DNA of 64,000 nucleotides from a virus, in the IMG/VR virus record IMGVR_UViG_3300045988_085681, positions 1-64,000 of that record; one strand, given 5' to 3'. Of this stretch, positions 9,710 through 18,602 are shown piece by piece. A model generated the notes under the pieces. That model had not been told where the DNA came from and did not search any database. It worked only from the letters and a program-made list of their open reading frames with translations. Positions within the stretch are counted from its first letter, which is position 1. Every line of letters begins with the position of its first letter. A program made the translations under genes and the position numbers.

Positions 9710-9745
9710 GGTTATTGGTCTGAGTCCAATACCTACAACTAATTA
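9710..9745 (+). other. truncated tRNA 3'-half fragment (near-copy of the tRNA-Thr T-arm region)
   Basis: cggttattggtctgagtccaatacctaca versus aggttattggtttgagtccaattagaagc in tRNA-Thr; no 5' half upstream. Confidence 0.4.
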
Positions 9746-9759
9746 AAAAAATAAATAAT

Positions 9760-10237
9760 ATGAAAAAAAACTTTTAATTATCAATCTGACGCAAACTTTT
9801 ATGATAAAAAGGATTTTATTATAGCTGTTTTAAAAAGCAAAATAAATAGGTTTAAAGAGTATGATGCTGAAAGAAAAAAGCATTATGCGGGACTAGAACA
9901 AAAAATCGGAGAATTAGAATCCTATATAGATGAATTAGAAAATGGACTTAGTATAGATTCTTTAAATAATAAGATTCAGTCTTTAGAAAATGAGATTGAA
10001 AAACAAAAACTTAAAATTAAAGAATTACAAGTTAAAGTCAATATATCTTTATTTGATGATACTAAGTCTTTTAGAGAATTAGAATCTATATCAAATAATT
10101 TAAAGAACTTTAATAGCATGAAATTAGCTAATAAAGCCCTCAAAAAACATCTTAAAGATAATAAAAATACTATATCTGATTTAATATATAAATTAACACA
10201 AGCTAAACTTAAAATAAAACAATTAACTGGAGAGTAA
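9760..10237 (+). CDS. coiled-coil protein, frameshifted at an A8 homopolymer (possible pseudogene or sequencing error)
   Basis: ATG at 9760 is followed by an A8 run and stops after 5 codons. The +1 frame then runs open for about 157 codons of heptad-like sequence (LENEIEKQKLKIKELQVKV...) with no ATG until near its end. Confidence 0.35.
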
Positions 10238-10247
10238 TCTCCAATTT

Positions 10248-10321
10248 GGGCTCGTAGTTCAGTTGGCTAGAACGCTACTTTTGCAAGGTAGATGTCGTGG
10301 GTTCGAGTCCCACCGTGGTCC
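10248..10321 (+). tRNA. tRNA-Ala (anticodon UGC), with acceptor-stem mismatches
   Basis: gggctcg-ta-gttcagttggctagaac-g-ctact-ttTGCaa-ggtag-atgtc-gtggg-ttcgagt-cccac-cgtggtc. Two mismatches in the acceptor stem (G3:G70, U5:U68). Confidence 0.55.
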
Positions 10322-10725
10322 ACTATGATAAAGCTCTAGAATACTAGTTACAGGAGCAACGTAACTTATAGGGTGCCTCTCAACGATGCATACTCGCCTA
10401 TTAGGTGTCGTAGAACCTACGAACTGGAATGATTCGATGGTTTTTTGCATTCCTATAGAATCCTAAATAATAAAAATAGAGACCAATTGTCTCTAACAGG
10501 GGTGATTTACCTGGGATTCTTAAATTTTTAAACTCTCCTCCTAGATATTTTATAAGTTAAACTTTAAATTTGATTTATTATGACGAAAATTTTAAAAAGA
10601 ACTTTAAAAGCATTTAAGAAGGGTTGGACTTGGTATGCTAATCAGTATTGTAGATTATACATGCCTCCAATTATTTAATCTTATTATTTAATTTGTAAGT
10701 ACCAAAGGGGTACTTACTGATGTTG

Positions 10726-10753
10726 AGTCGGGCAATAAGCTCGACTTTTTTTG
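10726..10753 (+). terminator. rho-independent terminator
   Basis: agtcgg-caataagc-tcgact followed by TTTTTTTG. Confidence 0.5.
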
Positions 10754-10783
10754 TTTGTATACATTTTAAAAATTTTATATATT

Positions 10784-11152
10784 ATGGAAATAATTAATAC
10801 AATTGAAACAACATTAAATGATATTAATGGTACTACTTGGATTAACAATGTTAAAATAGAAGGAGCACAAACCATTAGTATTAATAATGGTAAAATTTAT
10901 GTAAATGGAAAATTAAGAGAAGATCTTAAAAGTCCATCTATAGAAGTGAAAATAGAAGGTAATGTAGCTAGTGTACATACTGGTAGTGGTAATGTTTCAG
11001 TTACAGGAGATGTTACAACTATTAATACGGCTAGTGGTGATGTAACTTGTAAAGACGTTAAAGGTGGAGTATTAACAATGAGTGGTGATGTTACTTGTGG
11101 TAATGTTGGTGGAAATGTTAGTACTATGAGTGGTAATATATACCATAACTAA
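10784..11152 (+). CDS. Gly/Thr/Val-rich repeat protein
   Basis: Repeated GDVT/SGNV motifs (SGNVSVTGDVTTINTASGDVTCKDVKGG...). Start moved to the internal ATG at 10784. Confidence 0.45.
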   Translation: MEIINTIETTLNDINGTTWINNVKIEGAQTISINNGKIYVNGKLREDLKSPSIEVKIEGNVASVHTGSGNVSVTGDVTTINTASGDVTCKDVKGGVLTMSGDVTCGNVGGNVSTMSGNIYHN

Positions 11153-11167
11153 TAAAGATTATTTATA

Positions 11168-11551
11168 ATGAGAAGATTTAAATTTATATTAATATTATTA
11201 TGTTTCTTATGCACTAAAAGTATTGCTCAAACAATAACTCATGTAACTCTTACTTGTTATCAGCCAGTAAAGAGTCAATGTGACAGTAAACCATTAGTTA
11301 CAGCTGATGGTTCTAAAATAAATTTACACCATTTAAAACATAATAAAATTAAGTGGTGTGCTATATCCCGTGATTTACTTTATTTATTTCCAAAGAATAA
11401 ACCTAAAAAAGTGTTTATAGAAGGATTTGGAATATATGAAGTTAGGGATGTCATGAATAAAAGACATAAACATCGTATTGATATATTAATACACCCCAAA
11501 AATTCTAAACGAATCAGTATAAAACATGTAAAAGTTAAAATTCTTAAATAA
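11168..11551 (+). CDS. secreted protein with a signal peptide
   Basis: MRRFKFILILLCFLCTKSIAQ looks like a cleavable signal peptide. Confidence 0.5.
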   Translation: MRRFKFILILLCFLCTKSIAQTITHVTLTCYQPVKSQCDSKPLVTADGSKINLHHLKHNKIKWCAISRDLLYLFPKNKPKKVFIEGFGIYEVRDVMNKRHKHRIDILIHPKNSKRISIKHVKVKILK

Positions 11552-11973
11552 TGTGTTTATATTTGCGATATAAAGAAGAATGTGTAGCTACTTCTAACAT
11601 ATGTGTATGGAAAGCTCTAATAAATTATGGTAGGTTCGGTTATTATTCACCAATATTTAATTATAGATATAATATAGGAGAAACTTATACATCATACTTA
11701 GACAGAAATAAGAATAGTGTATCTGTAGATATAGGACTACATTCTTTTGGATATAATATAAAGATAGTAAGTCCTTATGCTGGAAGATATGAATGTCGTG
11801 GAGATATACATAATAGTTTTGATATTGATGAATCTATTGATACTATAGGTTTATTTATAATTCCTGAAGGAAGTCACTATTATACTGATGGATATTTCTA
11901 CGCAAGTGATACTTTAAAATTATTAAGAACTCTTCCAAAAAATAAATTTTTTAATTACATGATGAACAGATGA
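11551..11973 (+). CDS. hypothetical protein
   Basis: ORF track; start overlaps the previous stop. Confidence 0.45.
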   Translation: MCLYLRYKEECVATSNICVWKALINYGRFGYYSPIFNYRYNIGETYTSYLDRNKNSVSVDIGLHSFGYNIKIVSPYAGRYECRGDIHNSFDIDESIDTIGLFIIPEGSHYYTDGYFYASDTLKLLRTLPKNKFFNYMMNR

Positions 11974-12081
11974 CATTAAAAGAAGCCGTAGAAGCCTTTG
12001 ATGGCAAAAAGAAAGGGACTAGTAAGTTTATCTTATTAGTCCCTATTTTTGTATTAGCATTACTAATATTTATTAATTTAA

Positions 12082-12282
12082 ATGGTTAAGTATAAAAAGT
12101 GTGGAGCATTACGAATTAGAATAGATGGTAATAAATGTATTGTAGTAAATCTTAAATTACCATCTATTACTAGTCGTAGTACTTCATATTTAGGGTTTTT
12201 AAGAGAAACTATTTTAGATAGTAATAAGCAAGAGTTTAATAATGCTGTAGAAACGATCTGTACTAGGATTAAATCTTTATAG
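12082..12282 (+). CDS. hypothetical small protein
   Basis: ORF track. Confidence 0.3.
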   Translation: MVKYKKCGALRIRIDGNKCIVVNLKLPSITSRSTSYLGFLRETILDSNKQEFNNAVETICTRIKSL

Positions 12283-12347
12283 TATTATATTATCTTACTT
12301 ATCATAACGCAGATGATTATTATAGAAAATTATTAATATGATTAAAT

Positions 12348-12530
12348 GTGTTTATTGATTTAACATTAGACAGCGATAGTATTAATAGAAGATATTTAAT
12401 AGCCGTAGATGATATTTCCGTAGTAGAAGAAGCTGGAGAAAGCTCTTATGTAATGTTAAAGAGTGGTGACTATCTTTCTGTGAAGGAATCTATTGATTAT
12501 ATAAAGTCTTTATTAAATGTTGTCAAATGA
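12348..12530 (+). CDS. hypothetical small protein
   Basis: ORF track. Confidence 0.3.
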   Translation: MFIDLTLDSDSINRRYLIAVDDISVVEEAGESSYVMLKSGDYLSVKESIDYIKSLLNVVK

Positions 12531-12744
12531 AAAAGTAAATGTAAATTTAGGATGTGGAGGATGGGTTATTCCAGTAACTTTTATTATTTTATTAGTTGCT
12601 AAAGTTATTCTACATTCAGATATTTCATGGTTAGTTGTTTTTAGCCCATTCTTAATAGGAATAGGACTCATAATTATACTCTGTATTATATTGCTAATTT
12701 TATATTGTATACCTGATGGAAGATCTAACAGATATTATAAGTGA
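12517..12744 (+). CDS. small membrane protein (2 TM helices)
   Basis: Hydrophobic stretches VIPVTFIILLVAKVIL and FLIGIGLIIILCIILLILYCI. Confidence 0.4.
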   Translation: MLSNEKVNVNLGCGGWVIPVTFIILLVAKVILHSDISWLVVFSPFLIGIGLIIILCIILLILYCIPDGRSNRYYK

Positions 12745-12780
12745 TCTAGATGATTATTGGAATGATCTAGAAGCAGACTA

Positions 12781-12966
12781 TTGGAATTCCTTAGAAAAAG
12801 AAGGACTATGAATTCAGATACTCTTGAAATAAAAGTAAATGAAGCTTGGAAAACATTAATTGCAGAGTCTCCTATATATCTATTAATGTTTAATAGAGAG
12901 TTAGGAAAGTGTAAAGACTTTTTTATTCTAGGATATTATACAGCAATTAGGGATTCTCACTTATGA
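12781..12966 (+). CDS. hypothetical small protein
   Basis: ORF track. Confidence 0.3.
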   Translation: MEFLRKRRTMNSDTLEIKVNEAWKTLIAESPIYLLMFNRELGKCKDFFILGYYTAIRDSHL

Positions 12967-13190
12967 ATTATCAAAAAGCTAATCAAGTATCTTTATTAGT
13001 AGAATTAATTAAATCTTCTGAAATAGTATCTAAAGAATATTCTGAAGCACATATACCAGAAGATTTAATTTCTAATATAAAGATATTGTGTATGAAAGAT
13101 AGCAGTTTTAAAAGAAGTTTCTATAGTATAATGCAGAAACTTGGAAAGAAATATTTAGATATTTATATAAATAAATTATCAGCATTATGA
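12963..13190 (+). CDS. hypothetical small protein
   Basis: ORF track; overlapping start and stop. Confidence 0.35.
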   Translation: MNYQKANQVSLLVELIKSSEIVSKEYSEAHIPEDLISNIKILCMKDSSFKRSFYSIMQKLGKKYLDIYINKLSAL

Positions 13191-13690
13191 ACTTAATTTG
13201 GTTGAAATTAATAAAGCGAATCTTAACTCATAAGTATTATGTTGCTAAATATTGCTTTCAAATAGGATTATATTGGCAAGGTATTACTCATGATTTGTCT
13301 AAATTTAGTTTTACAGAATTTTCAAGAGCTATTAAGTATTGGGATGATAAAATGAGCTCTTTAGCGAATGAGCGCAGAATATTAGGATATAGTCAAACAT
13401 TCCTTCACCATAGAGGAAGGAATCCTCACCATTATGAATATTGGATACATTCCTTAGATAATGGAGGAATTCCTGCTAAAATGCCTAAAAAATATGTTCT
13501 AGAACTTATATGTGATTATTTAGCAGCAGCTAAAACATATGGAGCTGACCCTAGAAGAGAATATACATGGTGGCTTAAACAACAGCCTCATATGAAAATC
13601 CACAAAAAAACTAAGAGTTATATAACTGAAGTGTTTTATAAATATAGTATAGGTTTAACATTAAAAGAATCAATTAATGGAAATTATTAA
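13187..13690 (+). CDS. hypothetical protein
   Basis: ORF track. His-rich motif HHRGRNPHHYEYW; family not recognised. Confidence 0.45.
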   Translation: MNLIWLKLIKRILTHKYYVAKYCFQIGLYWQGITHDLSKFSFTEFSRAIKYWDDKMSSLANERRILGYSQTFLHHRGRNPHHYEYWIHSLDNGGIPAKMPKKYVLELICDYLAAAKTYGADPRREYTWWLKQQPHMKIHKKTKSYITEVFYKYSIGLTLKESINGNY

Positions 13691-14519
13691 TGCAACTGAT
13701 GGCTATAAGCTTGGTCATCATCGTATGTACCCAGAGGGTACACAAATGGTCTATAGTAACTGGACTCCTAGAAGTAATCGTTACTTCCCAGAAGCTACAG
13801 AAGGTTCTGTAGTATTTGGTATTCAGTACTTTGTAAAGAAGTATTTGATAGAGGAATTTAACAAATGGTTTGCTCTTCCTAAGGAAGAAGCTATTAAGCA
13901 ATTTGCTTATCGTGTAGGTAACTTTGTAGACCTTAATCAGGTTGGGACAAAGCATATTGAAGAACTTTATGATTTGGGGTATCTTCCTATTGAAATTAAA
14001 GCTCTTCCTGAAGGTTCTATCTGCCCTATAAGAGTGCCTATGATGACTATTAAGAACACTCTCCCGGACTTCTTTTGGTTGACTAATTACTTGGAAACTT
14101 TAATTAGTTGTACTCTATGGCTTCCTTGTACTTCTGCAACAAGTGCTCGTCTCTATAAAAAGAGACTTATGGAACATGCTAGAAAGACTGGATTCCCAGA
14201 GGAAGTAAATCTAGGTTTCTCTTGTCACGATTTCTCAATGAGAGGTATGGCAGGACTTGATGCTGCTATTATCTCCGGTATGGCTCATATGACTTCATTC
14301 TGTGGTAGTGAAACAATTCCTGCTATTGAAGCAGTAGAGCATTATTACGATGCAAATGTTACTGAAGAACTTGTAGCTGCAACTGTCCCGGCTTCAGAAC
14401 ATTCAGTGGCTTGCTCTACTATTAGTGATTTTGAAGATAATGTAGAAGAAATAATCTTAGATGATTTTGGTAAATTAATTGGATATATTGATAAATATGG
14501 GGACAAAAATTTGTTCTAA
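13677..14519 (+). CDS. nicotinamide phosphoribosyltransferase family (NAMPT/NadV-like or Namat-like), N-terminal part
   Basis: ATDGYKLGHHRMYP matches the NAMPT N-terminal TDSYK.THY.QYP. LPIEIKALPEG, WLTNYLETL and VPASEHS match the NAMPT core. Confidence 0.75.
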   Translation: MEIINATDGYKLGHHRMYPEGTQMVYSNWTPRSNRYFPEATEGSVVFGIQYFVKKYLIEEFNKWFALPKEEAIKQFAYRVGNFVDLNQVGTKHIEELYDLGYLPIEIKALPEGSICPIRVPMMTIKNTLPDFFWLTNYLETLISCTLWLPCTSATSARLYKKRLMEHARKTGFPEEVNLGFSCHDFSMRGMAGLDAAIISGMAHMTSFCGSETIPAIEAVEHYYDANVTEELVAATVPASEHSVACSTISDFEDNVEEIILDDFGKLIGYIDKYGDKNLF

Positions 14520-14595
14520 TAGCAAAAAGAGTGTTTCTGTTATAAAAATTTACAGCCTTTATGGGCTATTGATAATTTGAAAAAAGCGTATAAAT

Positions 14596-15438
14596 ATGAA
14601 AATTCAAAAAGCGTCTGAAGAGGACAAAAAACTTATTGGAGAATTATTGTCAATTAAAAGATTGATAAATGAATTATATCCTATTGGAATTGTATCTATA
14701 GTTAGTGATACTTATGATTTTTGGAGAGTGGTAGAACGTATTCTCCCTCGTCTGAAAAAAGACATTATGAAGCGTGATGGTCGAGTAGTAATTCGTCCTG
14801 ATAGTGGTGACCCAGTGGATATTATTTGTGGTCTTCGTACAAATCCTCACTATCATACTGCTATGAAAGAGGGTAAGTACTACTGTGATTTCAATCCATT
14901 TATGGATGATGATGAGAGTCATTATGTAGAAGTATCTGAAGGTCAGTATTATGGAGCATATTATATGCTAGGTAAAATCTTTGGATGGAATACTACTGTA
15001 AATGATTATCGTTATCCAAGTACTAAAGTAGGTTTGCTCTATGGAGATTCTATCACTCTAGAGCGTCAACGTGATATCTATGCTCGATTGGAAAACGCTC
15101 ATATGGCAGCTTGTAACCTCGTTCTCGGCATTGGATCTTATACTTATCAGTTTAAGAGTAGAGATTCTTTGGGTTTCGCAGTTAAAGCGACCGCATGCAC
15201 CATTAATGGTAAACTTATAGAAATCTATAAGCACCCAAAGACTGATGATGGAACAAAGAACTCTCTTAAAGGTCTTATTAGAGTTGAAGAAGAGAATGGT
15301 AAGTATGTCGCTTATGACCAGCAGACTAAGGATGCAGAACTGCAAGGTTGTCTTAAAACAGTCTTTGTAGATGGAGAATTAGTAAGAGAATATTCTCTTT
15401 CTGAAATTCGTGAACGTGTAAATTCAACATTAGTATGA
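14596..15438 (+). CDS. nicotinamide phosphoribosyltransferase family, C-terminal part (separate ORF in another frame)
   Basis: IVSIVSDTYDFW...VVIRPDSGDPVD matches NAMPT VSVVSDSYD...LIIRPDSGNPLD. Begins 76 nt after the N-part stop, in a different frame. Confidence 0.75.
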   Translation: MKIQKASEEDKKLIGELLSIKRLINELYPIGIVSIVSDTYDFWRVVERILPRLKKDIMKRDGRVVIRPDSGDPVDIICGLRTNPHYHTAMKEGKYYCDFNPFMDDDESHYVEVSEGQYYGAYYMLGKIFGWNTTVNDYRYPSTKVGLLYGDSITLERQRDIYARLENAHMAACNLVLGIGSYTYQFKSRDSLGFAVKATACTINGKLIEIYKHPKTDDGTKNSLKGLIRVEEENGKYVAYDQQTKDAELQGCLKTVFVDGELVREYSLSEIRERVNSTLV

Positions 15439-15929
15439 TAGAAATTGTTAATGGAGATTTACTTCAGTCAAATTTACCTCTTATAGCCCATCAAACTAAT
15501 TGTTTAGGAGTAATGGGGGCAGGTATAGCTAAGGCTATTAAAAATAAATGGAATAGCGTATATACACGATATGCTAATTATTGTAAATATTTTAAATATT
15601 CTAAAGAATTATTAGGGAAATGTCAAGTATGTATAACAGGAGATGAACCTATTAATCTCGTAGCTAATTTATTTGGAGAATATTCTTTTACTGAATCAGT
15701 AGCTCCTTTTGAAAATAGACATACTGATTATGATGCTCTTAAAAAAGCTTTATTAGATTTAAAAGACTTTTGTAAAGATAACGAGATTACAGAGATAGGC
15801 ATTCCTTATAAATTAGGATGTGGATTAGCAGGAGGAGATTGGGACGGAGTAGTTTATCCTATGCTCCAAGAACTTTTTGCTAATGATTTAACAATAACTC
15901 TTTATATTTATAAATTATGCAACAATTAA
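15435..15929 (+). CDS. macro domain protein (ADP-ribose binding/processing)
   Basis: IAHQTNCLGVMGAGIAKAI is a macro-domain signature (N..G.mG.GiA). Confidence 0.7.
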   Translation: MIEIVNGDLLQSNLPLIAHQTNCLGVMGAGIAKAIKNKWNSVYTRYANYCKYFKYSKELLGKCQVCITGDEPINLVANLFGEYSFTESVAPFENRHTDYDALKKALLDLKDFCKDNEITEIGIPYKLGCGLAGGDWDGVVYPMLQELFANDLTITLYIYKLCNN

Positions 15930-16726
15930 ATTTAGTACATTTAGAAGATAGTGATATTAAATATTCTATCTCTAGATTCCCTGATGGGGAAGTTCAAATT
16001 TCATTAGAAGAATTCAGCCATAAGGAGCAAGTATTAGTGCAATGTAGAATTACTAATGCTGAAGACTTATTTATACTTATGCAAGTTTTAGATATCCTTG
16101 ATAGACATGAAGTTCTATATAAAATAAATATCTATTACTTAATGAGTATGAGAATGGATCGAGTAATGGTTTTCAATAGACCATTTACTTTAAAAATAGT
16201 CTTAAATGTATTAAAAAATTGTAATGCAGAGACTATTGAAATTTTAGAACCTCATTCTGATGTTTATTATGATCCTAGATTCGGAGTTAAATTCATGCCT
16301 CTTTACGCTGAAAAGAATCCATCTAATAATACTTGGAAAGAATTTCAATTAGTTTTCCCAGATGCTGGAGCTGAAAAGAGAAATGAATTCAGATATAATC
16401 GTAAAGCAATTACTTGTAGTAAAGTTCGAGATTTAACTACTGGAAGAATCTTAGAGATTAAAATAGATAATCCTGAAAATATACAGGATAAACCTCTGTT
16501 AATTCTTGATGATTTATGTGATGGTGGAGGTACTTTTTGTGGTATTGCTAAAGCATTTAATGCTTTAGGTATTTCTAAAGAGCGTTTATATATTGCAGTT
16601 ACTCATATGGTAAATCCTAAAGGTATAAAGAATCTGTCAGAAAACTTTAATCACGTATGGTTTACTAACTCTTATAAAGACTGGGACAATCTTCCTGAGA
16701 ATGTTACAATGTTTAAGGTTATCTAA
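15917..16726 (+). CDS. PRPP-synthetase-like phosphoribosyl-pyrophosphate-binding enzyme (Prs/Adps-like)
   Basis: PRPP-binding loop KPLLILDDLCDGGGTF, as in ribose-phosphate pyrophosphokinase and type I PRTases; 269 aa. Confidence 0.55.
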   Translation: MQQLNLVHLEDSDIKYSISRFPDGEVQISLEEFSHKEQVLVQCRITNAEDLFILMQVLDILDRHEVLYKINIYYLMSMRMDRVMVFNRPFTLKIVLNVLKNCNAETIEILEPHSDVYYDPRFGVKFMPLYAEKNPSNNTWKEFQLVFPDAGAEKRNEFRYNRKAITCSKVRDLTTGRILEIKIDNPENIQDKPLLILDDLCDGGGTFCGIAKAFNALGISKERLYIAVTHMVNPKGIKNLSENFNHVWFTNSYKDWDNLPENVTMFKVI

Positions 16727-16867
16727 TGTATATTTTGGGACTTATTATAACTATTATTTTGGTAATAATTATAATTGATCCAAGATTAGATATTACAGAT
16801 AACCAATGTATATTGTGGTATTCAAATTTAGAAGGAGAACGTTGTTATTTAATACTTTGGAATAAAA

Positions 16868-17194
16868 ATGATCATTATAAATAAAAATGAATTAGACCCT
16901 GACTTAATTCATGACATTAATTTAGAGTTAGAAGCATTATTTACAGATAATAGAACTTGGGAAATTAGTTCTAGTACTGGAGATTTAGATGATGCTTCAG
17001 ATATACAAATTGTTATTAAAGGTGAGGGACATTGCTATATTTCCACAATAAGTGATACTGAAGAATACGTCAGAGATTTATTAAATGGTTATAGAAAAGC
17101 TCATAGTTTTGATACTTTTTGTATGTCTACAACGTATTTTGATCCTGAAAAGAACGGAATAGTATTTGAATATGCAGATTACATATCTTTATAA
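16868..17194 (+). CDS. hypothetical acidic protein
   Basis: ORF track. Confidence 0.4.
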   Translation: MIIINKNELDPDLIHDINLELEALFTDNRTWEISSSTGDLDDASDIQIVIKGEGHCYISTISDTEEYVRDLLNGYRKAHSFDTFCMSTTYFDPEKNGIVFEYADYISL

Positions 17195-17196
17195 CT

Positions 17197-17610
17197 ATGT
17201 TACAGATTTATACTGATGGTGCTTATAAATCTTCTATTGACCAGGGAGGTATTGGAATAGTATGGATGAAGGATGATAAAGTATTTAAAAAATACTCTAA
17301 AGGCTTTAAACATACTACTAATAATAAAATGGAATTAATTGCTATGCTATGTGCTTTTAAGTCCATTAAAACTCCAATAGATGAAGTAGAATTTATAAGT
17401 GACAGTCAATATGTATTAGGATGTCTTACTAAAGGATGGAAGAAAAAAAAGAATGTAGAGCTCTGGAATATTTTAGATAAAGAATATGAAAGAGTTAAAT
17501 CTTTAATAAAAAATATTAAATTTACCCATGTTAGGGGACATCAAGATTGTTTTGGTAATAATCTAGCGGATGAATTAGCTAGTAATGCTAGTTTAGAATT
17601 ATTAGAATAA
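17197..17610 (+). CDS. rnh: ribonuclease H
   Basis: IYTDGAY...GGIGIV, NNKMELIAM and HVRGHQDCFGNNLADELA match the RNase HI catalytic motifs. Confidence 0.75.
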   Translation: MLQIYTDGAYKSSIDQGGIGIVWMKDDKVFKKYSKGFKHTTNNKMELIAMLCAFKSIKTPIDEVEFISDSQYVLGCLTKGWKKKKNVELWNILDKEYERVKSLIKNIKFTHVRGHQDCFGNNLADELASNASLELLE

Positions 17611-17825
17611 TGTATTTAGTTATATCAATAATAATTGTTGCAGGTATAACTATTTATATTGGATCTGCATTTGCTGTTATAGACAGATGGACTGAAATTA
17701 ATGTTCCTACTAATATAATAACAATATTAATATTAGTATGTCCAATTATAAATACGTTATTAGCACTGTATTACCTGTATCCTGAATTAACAGAAACTTT
17801 AAGTAAAATTTTTAAAAATAATTAA
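17610..17825 (+). CDS. small membrane protein (2 TM helices)
   Basis: Hydrophobic throughout. Confidence 0.4.
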   Translation: MYLVISIIIVAGITIYIGSAFAVIDRWTEINVPTNIITILILVCPIINTLLALYYLYPELTETLSKIFKNN

Positions 17826-17827
17826 TT

Positions 17828-18007
17828 ATGGCTAAAGAAATTGTAAAAGCAACAGTGGACACTATTACTATTTATCGTACTACTGGTGGTAAAATTGCGG
17901 TAAAACGTAGTGACCGATTAAAACCAAGTAGATATTTCGATGATATCAAAGATGCTCGTAAGTATGCTGATGAGCACTTTGAAGGTAATGTCTCAGAGTC
18001 TCTCTAA
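17828..18007 (+). CDS. hypothetical small protein (59 aa)
   Basis: ATG starts 3 nt after the upstream stop; MAKEIVKATVDTITIYRTTGGKIAVKR...; below the ORF-track cutoff. Confidence 0.3.
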   Translation: MAKEIVKATVDTITIYRTTGGKIAVKRSDRLKPSRYFDDIKDARKYADEHFEGNVSESL

Positions 18008-18284
18008 GACATTTTCATTTCTAGAGTGATAAATTGTTCATGATTCTAAATTTAGAAGTTTGTAGGCTATTCTAGATGTGTCTATGACTAAATTATGGTA
18101 TTTTACCTAGATAATTTTAATATTACACAGATGATTAATTTTCTTTTAATTTTCAATTCTAGTTAAAATGAAGTATAAGGCAAAGCTTGAAAGACTTCGT
18201 CAGAAGCAGGTATGGTGGGATAAGCTCCCTCAAACAGTAAAGAATGCAACAACAAGACCTGGTGGTATTGGATCAAAGTAATCT

Positions 18285-18602
18285 ATGATAATTAAAGAGT
18301 CTGATTTTGAATTAAGATCTTCAACAAATGATGAAAGTTGTCCTCATTGGGATTTATATATTATGAAGACCATTAATGCCAAATCTAAAACTAGAGAGGC
18401 TAGAGAGGAACTTACTTTAGCAGGATATGGATTAACCTTATCTGGAGCTATGGCATCAATTGCTAGATATAGAGTAGCTAAAGCTAATTCTGAAAAGGCT
18501 TTTACTATGCAACAATATTTAGATTCCTATACAAAAGAACTTCATAGATTATATGATATTGTGGGGGAAACTCCTAACAATACTACTTTGATGGAGGAAT
18601 GA
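18285..18602 (+). CDS. hypothetical protein
   Basis: ORF track. Confidence 0.4.
   Translation: MIIKESDFELRSSTNDESCPHWDLYIMKTINAKSKTREAREELTLAGYGLTLSGAMASIARYRVAKANSEKAFTMQQYLDSYTKELHRLYDIVGETPNNTTLMEE

Noticed and set aside
10259-10450. Minus-strand 63-aa ORF
   Set aside because: Overlaps tRNA-Ala and the GC-rich structured segment, and its composition is not protein-like.
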